From Thermoproteota archaeon (GTDB lineage Archaea > Thermoproteota > Thermoprotei_A > Sulfolobales > Ignisphaeraceae), in assembly GCA_013154235.1 (NCBI GenBank), contig JAADCV010000100.1, positions 1 to 63,166 on the forward strand: a stretch of 63,166 nucleotides of DNA, read 5' to 3'. A program made the position numbers and the translations under genes. Shown here piece after piece: positions 28,168-38,007 of the stretch (positions within the stretch are counted from its first letter, which is position 1; every line of letters begins with the position of its first letter). A model generated the notes under the pieces. That model had not been told where the DNA came from, searched no databases, and saw only the letters and a program-made list of their open reading frames with translations.

Positions 28168-28925
28168 CCGTTTAGGATCTTAGCTAGATACGCTCTAGCT
28201 CTAGGATCGTTTGCAGGCCTGGTGAATGTTGCTAGCCCAAGCACAGCCGCAAGATCTCTCGATGTGGTGTCTAGAGGCTCAAATAGAGATACGTACCCCT
28301 TGCCGAGAGCTAGAATGACATCGCTGTCCCCTATCCTCACTAGCGTATCTATAAATGGCTTGAGCTTCTCTGAGACCTCCCTAACTACGCATCTCTTTAC
28401 TCTAGCAACACCTCTCACCCTCAAAGATTTTAGAAATAGGAACAGTAGGTTCACTCGCGGCTCCAAAGCAACCGCTCCGCTCACCTCCTCTGCGCAGCCC
28501 ACGCAGCACGCAAGGCCTCCCTCAACGACGCTAAGGGCTTCCTCCCCTAGGGTTTCCTCGATGCTAACCGTTGCTACACCCAGCTCTTCATCGATCTCTA
28601 TACCGAGCTCGCGGAACCATGGACAAGATGGGCGCGATGCTAACGGTACTAGAAGCCCAACGTCTAACCATGTAGGCTCTGCAAGCTCTATGTAGTCGCA
28701 CACTGCTAGAATTCTCTCCATGGCATCGTCGCTGCACAGCACTGCGCTTCCCGCAGCAACAGCTACGCTTCTCTTCACGCCTCTAACCTTCGTCACTATA
28801 GTTGTTGGGTGCAGAACTACGTAGATAGGTGTTTCCCTAGCTATCTCGATTAGCGCTCTGACGTACTCAAAGCCACTCTTAGCACTCTCTATTTTCGCTA
28901 GAGCGCAGCCCTCACTAAACCTCAT
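28164..28925 (-). CDS. Hypothetical protein
   Basis: 253 aa ORF with host-like codon usage. Confidence 0.65.
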   Translation of the reverse strand: MRFSEGCALAKIESAKSGFEYVRALIEIARETPIYVVLHPTTIVTKVRGVKRSVAVAAGSAVLCSDDAMERILAVCDYIELAEPTWLDVGLLVPLASRPSCPWFRELGIEIDEELGVATVSIEETLGEEALSVVEGGLACCVGCAEEVSGAVALEPRVNLLFLFLKSLRVRGVARVKRCVVREVSEKLKPFIDTLVRIGDSDVILALGKGYVSLFEPLDTTSRDLAAVLGLATFTRPANDPRARAYLAKILNG

Positions 28926-29008
28926 TCTCTAACCCACTCCTGATACATAGCGATGTCAGAGAGCTTTGAGCTTATCTAGCTGCTACAGTAGTGAGGGGCG
29001 GTGGTGGT

Positions 29009-30415
29009 ATGAAGGCTCTAGAGCTATTCTTCAACCCTAGGGGCGTAGCTGTAGTCGGTGCAAGCTCTCGCCCTGGCTCCGTAGGCTACGTGATTGTCGA
29101 CCAGCTGAGGAAGAGGTTTAGAGGGAAGGTCTACCCAGTCAACCCGAAGTACAGCGAGATTCTCGGCTTGAAGTGCTACAAGAGCGTTGAGGAGGTTCCG
29201 GATCCCGTTGACCTAGCGGTTATCGCCGTTAGAGCAGATCTGGTTCCCAACGTTATGGAGAGCGTCGGTAAGAGGGGCATTAAGGCCGCCATAGTTGTCA
29301 GCGGTGGATTCGCTGAGGTAGGACCGGAGGGCGAGGAGAGGCAGCGCAGACTCGTAGAGATATCGCGCAAGTACGGCATTAGAGTTGTTGGCCCTAACTG
29401 CATAGGGGTGCTGGACAATCATAGCGGCATAGACACGTTCTTCCTACCCGAGGACAGGTTGAAGAGGCCGCCGAAGGGAACGATATCCATAGCTAGCCAG
29501 AGCGGCGCACTTCTATCCATGTGGATAGACTGGATGGCTATGAAGGGCATGGGGCTCTCCAAGGCTCTTAGCTACGGCAACAAGGTAGACATAGACGAGG
29601 TGGACGCCCTCGATTACTTCATAGACGATCCTAACACGCACGTCATCCTCATGTACATAGAGGGCTTGAAGCCCGGTAGGGGCCAGGAGTTCATTAAGAT
29701 GGCTAGGAAGGCTATTGCGGCAGGCAAACCAGTCATCGTGCTGAAGGGAGGAAGAACGAGAAAGGGCTTCGCAGCCGCTGCATCGCATACTGCAGCTATG
29801 GCTGCTGGATACGAGATCTATAGAGCGGTGTTTAGGCAGGTCGGAATAGTGGAGGTTGATGAGATGGAGGAGATGTTCGATGTTGCAAAGGCGTTCACGA
29901 TGCTGCCTCTGCCTAGGGGAGATAGAGTACTTATACTGACTAATGCGGGTGGAGAGGGTGTTCTTGCAACTGATTTCGCTGAGAGGTACGGGCTTAACGT
30001 AGTCGATATGCCTAAGGAGGTTCAGGAGGAGCTTAGGAAGCAGCTACCACCGCACGTTGTTGTGAGGAATCCTATAGATCTAACTGGAGATACTGACGAT
30101 GAGAGGTACAGGATAGCTCTAGAGACCGTTCTTAAGCATGGTGCGGTAGACTCCGTGGTACTGATAGCTCCTCCGCACCCACCTGCAATGACAGGCGCTG
30201 TCGTGAAGTATGCACGTGACTGCATGGATAGGTACGGAGTTCCTATAGTAGCTGTTGTTACCGGTGGCGTAATCGCTGAGGAGTTCGCGAGGAAGTTCGA
30301 GGAGGCTGGTATACCAGCCTACGGCTCTCCAGAGCGCGCTGTAAAGGCGCTAGCAGCAATGGTCAAGTTCGCGAAAGCGAAGAAAAAGGCTTCATCTAGC
30401 CAAAGCCTTTCTTAG
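29009..30415 (+). CDS. Acyl-CoA synthetase (NDP-forming) alpha subunit
   Basis: AVVGAS, YPVNP, GPNCIG, SQSGA, YGNKVD, ASHT phospho-His, TNAGG, NPIDLTGD. Confidence 0.93.
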   Translation: MKALELFFNPRGVAVVGASSRPGSVGYVIVDQLRKRFRGKVYPVNPKYSEILGLKCYKSVEEVPDPVDLAVIAVRADLVPNVMESVGKRGIKAAIVVSGGFAEVGPEGEERQRRLVEISRKYGIRVVGPNCIGVLDNHSGIDTFFLPEDRLKRPPKGTISIASQSGALLSMWIDWMAMKGMGLSKALSYGNKVDIDEVDALDYFIDDPNTHVILMYIEGLKPGRGQEFIKMARKAIAAGKPVIVLKGGRTRKGFAAAASHTAAMAAGYEIYRAVFRQVGIVEVDEMEEMFDVAKAFTMLPLPRGDRVLILTNAGGEGVLATDFAERYGLNVVDMPKEVQEELRKQLPPHVVVRNPIDLTGDTDDERYRIALETVLKHGAVDSVVLIAPPHPPAMTGAVVKYARDCMDRYGVPIVAVVTGGVIAEEFARKFEEAGIPAYGSPERAVKALAAMVKFAKAKKKASSSQSLS

Positions 30416-30748
30416 ATCCTCCACAAGCTTTGCGGGATCGCTGTAGCTCCTAACAATGTATAGGTAGGGGTAGCTAGGCAAGCTAGTATCGATCTCGTAG
30501 CTAAGCTCACCATTTTCAAGCTCTGCTGCTATCTCAAGAGCTCTCCTAAAGCTCTTTACAACGTTCTCAACATCCTCCCTGCTAGCTCCTTCCGGCATTA
30601 GTTGCAGAGATAGTGTTACCTTGGCTCCCTGCTCCGTGGGAGTAACCTCGATTATAATGTCGTCGACGTGAATCCTAACGCTCTCCTCCTTCTCATAGCT
30701 AAGGCCCAGCTCCCTCGCTACTTTAGCAACCTCCTCAAGAACATCCAT
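30392..30748 (-). CDS. Hypothetical protein
   Basis: GGAGGTG SD + ATG. Confidence 0.7.
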   Translation of the reverse strand: MDVLEEVAKVARELGLSYEKEESVRIHVDDIIIEVTPTEQGAKVTLSLQLMPEGASREDVENVVKSFRRALEIAAELENGELSYEIDTSLPSYPYLYIVRSYSDPAKLVEDLRKALAR

Positions 30749-30804
30749 CTCCTACACCTCCCTCGAGCCTAGATCTTCTTAGCTTATTAGCCTATCACAC
30801 CCTC

Positions 30805-31881
30805 ATGGAGCTGAGGGGCGCGGTAGTGATATTCATAGTGATAAGGCTATTGAAGCGCGTGCTTCGAGAGCCAACGAAGCGGAGGTTAGTGCTAACTCTG
30901 GTAGCGTTCACTGTATCCACGCTAGTGAGCGGCACGCTATTCTATCTAGTCGAGGGCGTTTACGGTCCCCAGAAGGATCTAACCTGGAGCCGCTCGATAT
31001 ACTGGGCCATAGTGACTATGGCTACCGTCGGGTACGGCGATATCGTTCCTAAGACCTTCTGGGGACGCGTTGTAGCTTGCGTAACCATAGTCGTTGGAAT
31101 AGCAATGTTCTCTCTATTCATATCGACGCTCGCTGACGTATTTATGCAGGGCAGCCTAAAGCGTGTGCTAGGGTTGGGAAGAGTGAAGAACGTTGATGTC
31201 GTGGTCGTAGGGGCTAACGAGGTTTGCCGAGAGGCGATAAACGAGCTCAGGCGTAACATGCCCAAGATAAGGGTGGCGTGGGTCATGGAGAAGAAGCCTA
31301 GAACCCCTCCAGAGGATGTTGACTTCGTGGTGGGCGACCCGACTGACGATGATACCTTGAAGAGGGCGGGAATAGAGAAGGCTAAGGATCTGATAGTTTG
31401 CGTGCTAGACGATTCTACAGCTATACACATTGTGCTAACAGCCAAGAAGCTAAACAAGGGGCTCCGCATAGCAGCGCTAGCGAAGAGCTCTAGAGCAGCC
31501 GAGCTACTGAAGGAGGCTGGCGTCTCCATTGTCGTTCCATTCAAGAGGCTCGGACGCGAGCTAGCTTCAGCGGTATTTGAGCCGAGTGTAGTGCACTTCC
31601 TAGAGGAGGTCACTACAGCTAGAGGGCGCGCCGATTTAGTAGAGATAGTTATAGATCCTTCTCACGCTGGGAAGGATGTTAAGGACATAATAAGGGAGCT
31701 TCAAGTAGCTGATAGAAACGCTAGGTACCTAGCTGTAATGCTTGCAAAGAACAGCGGCGAGCAGGTTTTCGCTCCAAAGGACGATACGAAGCTTGACCTA
31801 GGTGATAAGCTCGTTCTTGTAAAGGTTAAGGAAGGTGTGGAACCGCAAAAAGCTGCATCTGTGAGTCAGCAGCAACAGTAG
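30805..31881 (+). CDS. MthK-like potassium channel with RCK domain
   Basis: TMATVGYGD selectivity filter; GDPTDDDTLKRAGI RCK motif. Confidence 0.93.
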   Translation: MELRGAVVIFIVIRLLKRVLREPTKRRLVLTLVAFTVSTLVSGTLFYLVEGVYGPQKDLTWSRSIYWAIVTMATVGYGDIVPKTFWGRVVACVTIVVGIAMFSLFISTLADVFMQGSLKRVLGLGRVKNVDVVVVGANEVCREAINELRRNMPKIRVAWVMEKKPRTPPEDVDFVVGDPTDDDTLKRAGIEKAKDLIVCVLDDSTAIHIVLTAKKLNKGLRIAALAKSSRAAELLKEAGVSIVVPFKRLGRELASAVFEPSVVHFLEEVTTARGRADLVEIVIDPSHAGKDVKDIIRELQVADRNARYLAVMLAKNSGEQVFAPKDDTKLDLGDKLVLVKVKEGVEPQKAASVSQQQQ

Positions 31882-31899
31882 TTATGTTCTTCAGACTCC

Positions 31900-32346
31900 T
31901 TACCTCCTTGATCTTGAGGATCTATACCTTCTGGGTCTAGTGTATAGCTGGTACCCACCGCCCCTGCTACCGAATCTAGGCTGTGCTTGCGGAGGTGCCT
32001 CAGGTCTATCCTCTGGAACCTCCTCGATTTGGGGGACCTCGGTGTCGTCGACTCTCTCTATAACGCTACTTCTACCGATATTCAGCTGAACTTCTCCTCT
32101 GTAGCTCGATACCCATGCATTAGAGATCTTGACACTATCGCCAGCCTCGAGCGACGCAGCCTTGGAACCCCATGCAACTAGCGTTACTCTACCACTATCG
32201 TCGCCCACTGTGTACAACCCTATAGTTCGATCTCCAGCTCTAGTCCTGATGGTTTTGATACCCTTTCTCTCGAGAACCCTTACCTTAACCTCCACATTCT
32301 CTTGACCGGGCTTTAGATCCTTTACCTTGGACTCGGAGTTCGACAT
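31900..32346 (-). CDS. ssb: Crenarchaeal-type single-OB-fold SSB
   Basis: KVKDLKPG, VGDDSGRV.L.AW, NAWV..YRGEVQLN; ATG 32346. Confidence 0.88.
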   Translation of the reverse strand: MSNSESKVKDLKPGQENVEVKVRVLERKGIKTIRTRAGDRTIGLYTVGDDSGRVTLVAWGSKAASLEAGDSVKISNAWVSSYRGEVQLNIGRSSVIERVDDTEVPQIEEVPEDRPEAPPQAQPRFGSRGGGYQLYTRPRRYRSSRSRR

Positions 32347-32410
32347 CCGGGATCTATCTCTTCGGGTCTGTCGCACCATCCATCTACTTCGCCGTATTTA
32401 AATCCGGCGG

Positions 32411-32740
32411 GTGGAACCATTAACCAGTTGGTGCCTCAAGATCTTGAGGGAGAGTAGGTGCCTCGATAGGACGATCCTCGTAGGCAAAAAGGGGATAGCG
32501 AGGTACGTTCTAGCTGGTCTATACAAGGTTTTCATTGAGCAGTGCAGTTCCGTAAGGTACGCCGCTCTAGGCAAAAGCATATATAGAGCTGTATCGGCTG
32601 CAGAAGCCCTATCTAGGCTCTTAGGCTTTCTATACATAAAAAGGGTGCAGATCTCCAGCTTGATAGTCAGCGGCGAAGGCAAGACGAGGAGGGTCTCGAG
32701 GATAGAGATAGAACTGCATAGAATAGACGAAGAGCCCTGA
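32411..32740 (+). CDS. Divergent Alba-family protein
   Basis: ILVGKK..RYVLA, ALGKSIYRAV.AAE, VSRIEIEL. Confidence 0.75.
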   Translation: MEPLTSWCLKILRESRCLDRTILVGKKGIARYVLAGLYKVFIEQCSSVRYAALGKSIYRAVSAAEALSRLLGFLYIKRVQISSLIVSGEGKTRRVSRIEIELHRIDEEP

Positions 32741-32741
32741 G

Positions 32742-33641
32742 GTGCATCTCATGAACATGCTTCAGCGTCTGCGCGATGCCCTAGCGCCACAGAGTCTCGT
32801 TCTCTTACTAGGTAAGCCGCTCACAAGAGCTATTCTCGGGATTAGCTGCGATGCTGGAGCTATAGATCTAGGTAGCGAGAGATGCTACTGCGTGAGGTCG
32901 CTAGCAAGCGACGAAGAGCTAGAGAAATGCGTCGATATACGTTTCTCGTTCGCACCCGTAGAGAAGCCGCACATTGCAGGATCCTTGATAGACGCTCTCA
33001 TAGCGGTAGCCAAAAGCGCTAAAGGGAGACAGCTAGCGATCGCTTCTACAGATCTATCTATGTTACTAGAGAGTCAGCTGAAGATGAAGGTATTTCCGGT
33101 GGATCCCTCGCTTATCGATAGACTACTCAAGCCTAGACACGATTCGGAGGCGCTGAGAGCGCTTAGCGAGGCCTCACGAGCTCTTCAGATAGCTACCAAC
33201 CTGCTTTCGTCTAAACCAGTTGCTGTTGATAGCAGCGAAAGGTGCACGATTCGCGTGGATAGCAGCTGCATAGAGGTTTACTGCTATGACGACCTTGTCG
33301 GCGGATACATCGCGCTTCCAACAAGCCTTACCGATAGTGATAAGGTGTATAGAGCGCTACACCTTGCTGTAAGAAGCGGACTTCGGGATCGAGAGGCAAA
33401 CACTCTACTATCATCGCTAGCAGCTCTCCTAAGCAGGTCAGGACTCGAGGTTCGAGATATTTCATTGCTTCGCCTATGTACCGAGGGCCCTGCACCGTAT
33501 ACAGGTAGCATAATCGAACCGCCGGACGCTCTGGGAATCAAGGTGATTGCTTTGGACAAGGGTAAGAGGGTTTGCATCGGTATGACAACAGCTATTTTGT
33601 CGAGCGGCGAGGTGCGTATCATAGCGCCTAGAGCTAGCTGA
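32742..33641 (+). CDS. Hypothetical protein
   Basis: 299 aa, operon-packed. Confidence 0.6.
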   Translation: MHLMNMLQRLRDALAPQSLVLLLGKPLTRAILGISCDAGAIDLGSERCYCVRSLASDEELEKCVDIRFSFAPVEKPHIAGSLIDALIAVAKSAKGRQLAIASTDLSMLLESQLKMKVFPVDPSLIDRLLKPRHDSEALRALSEASRALQIATNLLSSKPVAVDSSERCTIRVDSSCIEVYCYDDLVGGYIALPTSLTDSDKVYRALHLAVRSGLRDREANTLLSSLAALLSRSGLEVRDISLLRLCTEGPAPYTGSIIEPPDALGIKVIALDKGKRVCIGMTTAILSSGEVRIIAPRAS

Positions 33642-33642
33642 G

Positions 33643-33873
33643 GTGTGGGTAATGGAGGAGCGCAGAGCGGAGGAAGGTAAGACCGCTGTTATAGATCTCG
33701 AGGAGCTTGGGAGAGCTATCGTTAGCTACGATGATGTTACCGACACACTGTACATAGTCCTAAGCGATGAAGAGGGCGAGGAGTCCCTGCTGCTACCTAA
33801 CGATATAGCTGTCCGAATCTCGCGCGGTCGTGTTGTATCGATAACTGTGAGGGGGGTTAGGTACCGAAGTTAA
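33643..33873 (+). CDS. DUF2283-like small protein
   Basis: YDDVTDTLYI ... GRVVSI. Confidence 0.7.
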   Translation: MWVMEERRAEEGKTAVIDLEELGRAIVSYDDVTDTLYIVLSDEEGEESLLLPNDIAVRISRGRVVSITVRGVRYRS

Positions 33874-34006
33874 TACTAGTAAAAACCGGTAAGTACATTA
33901 AGGGCCTAGCCTAAGCATCAAGATCAAATGTATTTACCGAACCGTAACTGACTGTTAGGAACACAATCCTTTTATACATCTTTAGGCACATTGATTGCGG
34001 TGCTGA

Positions 34007-35071
34007 GTGTTGTCTAGGATTGCAGAAACGCGCAAGGTACAGCGCTTCGGCAGATCGACACTAATGGTTTCACTACCATCGGAGTGGGTCAAGAGCGTTG
34101 GGCTGAAGCCTGGAGACCTAGTTAGGATAGAGGTTAGGGACGACGGAACGCTGATGATAGTACCCGAAGCGCTTATAGAGAAGAGAATGAAGGGGAAGGA
34201 GGTGACCATAGTTGTCGATCATACAACCCCGGAGGAGGTTCTCGTCAGAAGCATCTACGCAATGTACATAGCGGGATACGATAGAATAAACGTGGAGTGC
34301 GACGAGCCTTACATACTGAGCCAGCAACTGCACGCGATACGAAACATTGTCAGGATGCTGATTGGAGCTGAGATAGTTGAGCAGACAGCCAACAAGGTAT
34401 CCATACAAGTGTTCATAGATGTTGAAAAGTATGGGCTCGAGAACCTTGTGCTTAGAATGATTAACGCATTAAAGAGCATGCTCGACTTCCTAATGCTCTC
34501 CATAAAGAGCGGAAAGCGCGAGCATCTACGCGAGCTCATGGAGCTAGAGTACGAGCTCGATAGGGTGCACGCGTTGGCTGTTAGATACACCTACGTTCTC
34601 AGCATGATGGGCGGAACCCCCTTCCTTACTGAATACAGGGCTCTCATAAAGGACTTTGAGGATATAGGCGACTCGCTAACTTGCGCTGCACAAGCCTTCG
34701 AAGATCAGCCCGAGATACTGAGCAAGATAGGGACCTCACTGTCTTACCAGCTCGATGAGCTAAAGGAGCTGCTATTCTATGCGTTCGATGTTATATACGA
34801 TGCGCTGACGAAGGAGGATGTTTATATAGCTACGAAGGCTGTCGACATAGCTATAGAGGTATCGAAGTTTGTATCTAAGCTAGAGAGCGAGATACTGCCG
34901 AAGTTCAACACCGCCGAGGAGTACTCGAGGATAAAGACATTCTTCGACAAGATGCAGCTTGTATGCAACCATCTTCAGGGAGCCGCGGAGCTATCCTTTG
35001 ATATTGTGTTGGGTAAGAGAAAGGAGCGAATAGACTTGCGTAGGAAGCCTAAGCTCACTCACTCCCGCTAG
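34007..35071 (+). CDS. Archaeal phosphate uptake regulator (AbrB + PhoU domains)
   Basis: RKVQRFGRSTLMVSLPSEWV..GLKPGD; YIAGYD; ELDR. Confidence 0.9.
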   Translation: MLSRIAETRKVQRFGRSTLMVSLPSEWVKSVGLKPGDLVRIEVRDDGTLMIVPEALIEKRMKGKEVTIVVDHTTPEEVLVRSIYAMYIAGYDRINVECDEPYILSQQLHAIRNIVRMLIGAEIVEQTANKVSIQVFIDVEKYGLENLVLRMINALKSMLDFLMLSIKSGKREHLRELMELEYELDRVHALAVRYTYVLSMMGGTPFLTEYRALIKDFEDIGDSLTCAAQAFEDQPEILSKIGTSLSYQLDELKELLFYAFDVIYDALTKEDVYIATKAVDIAIEVSKFVSKLESEILPKFNTAEEYSRIKTFFDKMQLVCNHLQGAAELSFDIVLGKRKERIDLRRKPKLTHSR

Positions 35072-35729
35072 ATCTCTCCAGCACATCCCTTAGGTACGGT
35101 GATAGCGAAGCTACTTTCTCTAGTTTATCCCTATCAACCTTCAGGATCCCCTTCTCGATCAGCCTCTTTAAGCATCTTCGTAAAACCTTTCTTATTAGCC
35201 ATCTCTTGCTGAGGGTTCCGAACAGCTTTATAGATGCCTCTCTAATGCTTCTATACCTCATTACAGCATCCAGAATCCTAAGGTCTTCTTTCGACAGCTC
35301 GTTTCTTAGATATCTATAGGCTATGCGTGCAACATCAATAGGACTGAGACCTAGGTATACATCCTCGGGGTTAAGGTCCGTAAACGTTTTCTCCACTTCG
35401 AACTCTATGATCGTGACCGTATCGTCCGGAGATATCTTCCTTCCATAGACTCTCTCCAGATCCTTCAAGAGCTCGTCTAGAGACTCATATCCATCCTTTC
35501 GAGCATCTTCCTCAGTAAGCTCCCTAACCTTCTTATGCACGACCCTAACTATACGAGCTTTAGCTATAGGCCTTCCACCGCCGTGAATTATAACCTCGCT
35601 GTACCTAGGAATGACCTTTCCTAGCCTTATGGTGCTCCTCTTCCTCCCACTTAATATGAGATCCACGAACCTCCCTTTGACCATTATGTGCCTTCGCAAG
35701 AAAACCTTCTCGTCGCCCACGCCCTTCAC
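35055..35729 (-). CDS. ASCH-domain protein with C-terminal helical domain
   Basis: ILSGRKRSTIRLG, ELTEEDARKDG, VTIIEF. Confidence 0.85.
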   Translation of the reverse strand: MKGVGDEKVFLRRHIMVKGRFVDLILSGRKRSTIRLGKVIPRYSEVIIHGGGRPIAKARIVRVVHKKVRELTEEDARKDGYESLDELLKDLERVYGRKISPDDTVTIIEFEVEKTFTDLNPEDVYLGLSPIDVARIAYRYLRNELSKEDLRILDAVMRYRSIREASIKLFGTLSKRWLIRKVLRRCLKRLIEKGILKVDRDKLEKVASLSPYLRDVLERSSGSE

Positions 35730-35796
35730 CCTCAGATCAGATTCCGTTTAGAGGATATAGGTCGCTGCTGGTATAGGCTTTCGCGAGGTAGAGGGC

Positions 35797-36519
35797 ATGA
35801 GGATTCTCGTAATTAGCGATATACATGGAAACGCTGATGCACTTCTAGCTGTGCTCAACGCAATCAAGAGCTTCGACAACGTTATCGTGCTAGGAGACCT
35901 TGTTGACTACGGTCCGGAGCCCGAGAAGGTGATCGATATAGTTAGGAGCCATGGGTACACCGCAGTGATGGGCAACCATGATTACGCTGCAGCCTTTAAC
36001 GAAGACTGTAGATGTGGGCCAGCAACAAAGGACCTGAGTATCTACACAAGGAAGAACATAACGCTCAGAAAGCTCAGCAAAAACGATTTAGCATACCTAT
36101 CATCGCTGCCTAAGATGCTAGAGCTTAGCGTAGGCGCAAGAATGGTGCTCTGCGTTCACGCAACCCCGCGCGAGCCCCTGTTCAAGTATCTATACCCCTG
36201 GTCACCGCCAATGGAGATAAACGAGGAGGTGCTCTCTGTAGCCGGTAGCTATAGCGCTGTTCTAGTAGGCCACACGCACCACCAGTTCTTAAGAACCCAG
36301 AGAAGCATATGGCTGATCAATCCCGGTTCTGTAGGACAGCCTAGAGATGGCGATCCACGTGCCTCCGCAGCGTTAGTGGATGAGGAGGGGGTGAAGTTCA
36401 TTAGGGTGAAGTACGATATCGATACGGTTCTTAGGAAGCTGAGGGACGAGGTCAAGCAAGACGATGTGTACTCGAGACTAGCTAGCATACTGCTCAGAGG
36501 ATGCGTTCAGCTCACATAA
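35797..36519 (+). CDS. Calcineurin-like metallophosphoesterase
   Basis: SDIHGN, GDLVDYG, GNHD, GHTH, NPGSVGQPRDGDPRAS. Confidence 0.93.
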   Translation: MRILVISDIHGNADALLAVLNAIKSFDNVIVLGDLVDYGPEPEKVIDIVRSHGYTAVMGNHDYAAAFNEDCRCGPATKDLSIYTRKNITLRKLSKNDLAYLSSLPKMLELSVGARMVLCVHATPREPLFKYLYPWSPPMEINEEVLSVAGSYSAVLVGHTHHQFLRTQRSIWLINPGSVGQPRDGDPRASAALVDEEGVKFIRVKYDIDTVLRKLRDEVKQDDVYSRLASILLRGCVQLT

Positions 36520-36520
36520 G

Positions 36521-37237
36521 TTATCTCATACCTGGCGGCACGCAAACTACTGGAACTATTGCTAGAGCTGCCGCAACATTCTCACTGAACTCCTTTTCGC
36601 GGAGTATACTGAGCGAAACTCTAAGCATATCGATGTATAGCAGGAATGGTTCCCCTTGACTCCTCGAGATCCTCCAATACCTCTTAATATCGCTCGATAT
36701 TCTGCTACGACGCTCCTCAACGATTTTCTCCGCATTGACTAACCCTGATCTCAGAAGCTCTATGGATTCCGTTACGCACTGCTCGTAGAAATCAAGAACC
36801 GTATAATCTGCGATCCTCAGATGCAGCTTCCAATCCTGGACCTTCATCGAGGAGAGATCGGTGAGCACCTTAGCCGCAGCGAGCTTTTCGTAGACCGCTA
36901 TGGTTTGCCTACCGATCGCTATAAGCGGCGATATGTATGTAGATGCTAGGACCAGCGCCTCCGCAGCTGTCTCCTCTAGTCCTAGGGCTCTCCCAAGCTC
37001 GTTAGCGAACCTCTCCAGCTCGCTTACAGGATAGACTAGCTGTCGAAGAGGTTTACCTAGATACCTCTCCAGCTTGCTTCTGTAGCGAGCTAGTAGCGTA
37101 GGACCTACGCCTAGATCCCTATATCTGAACCTAGCTGCTAGCCACTTAATGCTCTCCTCGCAACCATCCTCATCAAGATGCGCGGCGATTACCCCACGAA
37201 GGTTCTTGACTATAGCTGCGTACCTAGCGAACGACAT
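36521..37237 (-). CDS. Conserved hypothetical protein
   Basis: 238 aa, ATG start, packed behind the B3/B4 gene. Confidence 0.7.
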   Translation of the reverse strand: MSFARYAAIVKNLRGVIAAHLDEDGCEESIKWLAARFRYRDLGVGPTLLARYRSKLERYLGKPLRQLVYPVSELERFANELGRALGLEETAAEALVLASTYISPLIAIGRQTIAVYEKLAAAKVLTDLSSMKVQDWKLHLRIADYTVLDFYEQCVTESIELLRSGLVNAEKIVEERRSRISSDIKRYWRISRSQGEPFLLYIDMLRVSLSILREKEFSENVAAALAIVPVVCVPPGMR

Positions 37238-37241
37238 TATC

Positions 37242-37946
37242 TCACTTCACTAGAACCTTCCCACAGCTTTGCCATCCTAGCTTTCTGAGTATCCTAACAA
37301 CTTCGTTAACAGCTGATATAACCAGATCTCGCGGTACCCCACTAACTCCAGCAGCTACTATCAACACTCTCTCAGTTCTATCGCTTACACAAGTCTCAAC
37401 GCTATCCCTATGAGGATACAGATGCATAACCACGCCTCTAGAATCAACCATTATTGGCACGCCTCTAGGCACGACACGCTCCTTACCACCAATGGGCTTA
37501 AACAGCTCTCCCCCGCTACTCATTACTATACGTAGAGGGGGCATCGCCCTATCGAGGTCGTATATACCTATAGCTACAAGCGTTCTAGCTGAAGCAATAT
37601 TGCCAGCATCTACAACAGGGTTTATGCGTGGGAAAGCACCCCTTATAGCTCTACGCAGCAGCGCCTCGCTAGCTGGCCTAGTCTTTGTAGGATCAATTCC
37701 TATTCTCCAGAAGAAGCTTCTGTAAGCCCTAACTACGGGATTTTCCTTCAGCGACTCTAGATCGTATCGCTCTCCAACCTCTTCGAGCAGCGAACTGATT
37801 TCCTTGTCGATAACCTTTTCGTCTAGCTTCAGCTGCTCCGAAGGCTTCCAAGCGACTGTGTACGCAACGTGAACTCCTATACTCTTACAATCGCTATCGA
37901 TATCTAGAACCCTTTCGAGATCCTCGCATACGGGATCCACCTCCAA
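37242..37946 (-). CDS. Free-standing B3/B4 (PheRS-beta-like) tRNA editing domain protein
   Basis: RAYR.FFWRIGIDPTKTRPASEALLRR, INPVVD.GN..S, YPHRDS; start approximate. Confidence 0.85.
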   Translation of the reverse strand: MEVDPVCEDLERVLDIDSDCKSIGVHVAYTVAWKPSEQLKLDEKVIDKEISSLLEEVGERYDLESLKENPVVRAYRSFFWRIGIDPTKTRPASEALLRRAIRGAFPRINPVVDAGNIASARTLVAIGIYDLDRAMPPLRIVMSSGGELFKPIGGKERVVPRGVPIMVDSRGVVMHLYPHRDSVETCVSDRTERVLIVAAGVSGVPRDLVISAVNEVVRILRKLGWQSCGKVLVK

Positions 37947-38007
37947 AGCCCTACCCCGTGAAGAGGTCTTAAAAACCGAGTTATGAGTTCGCTTGAGGAG
38001 CGAGGTA

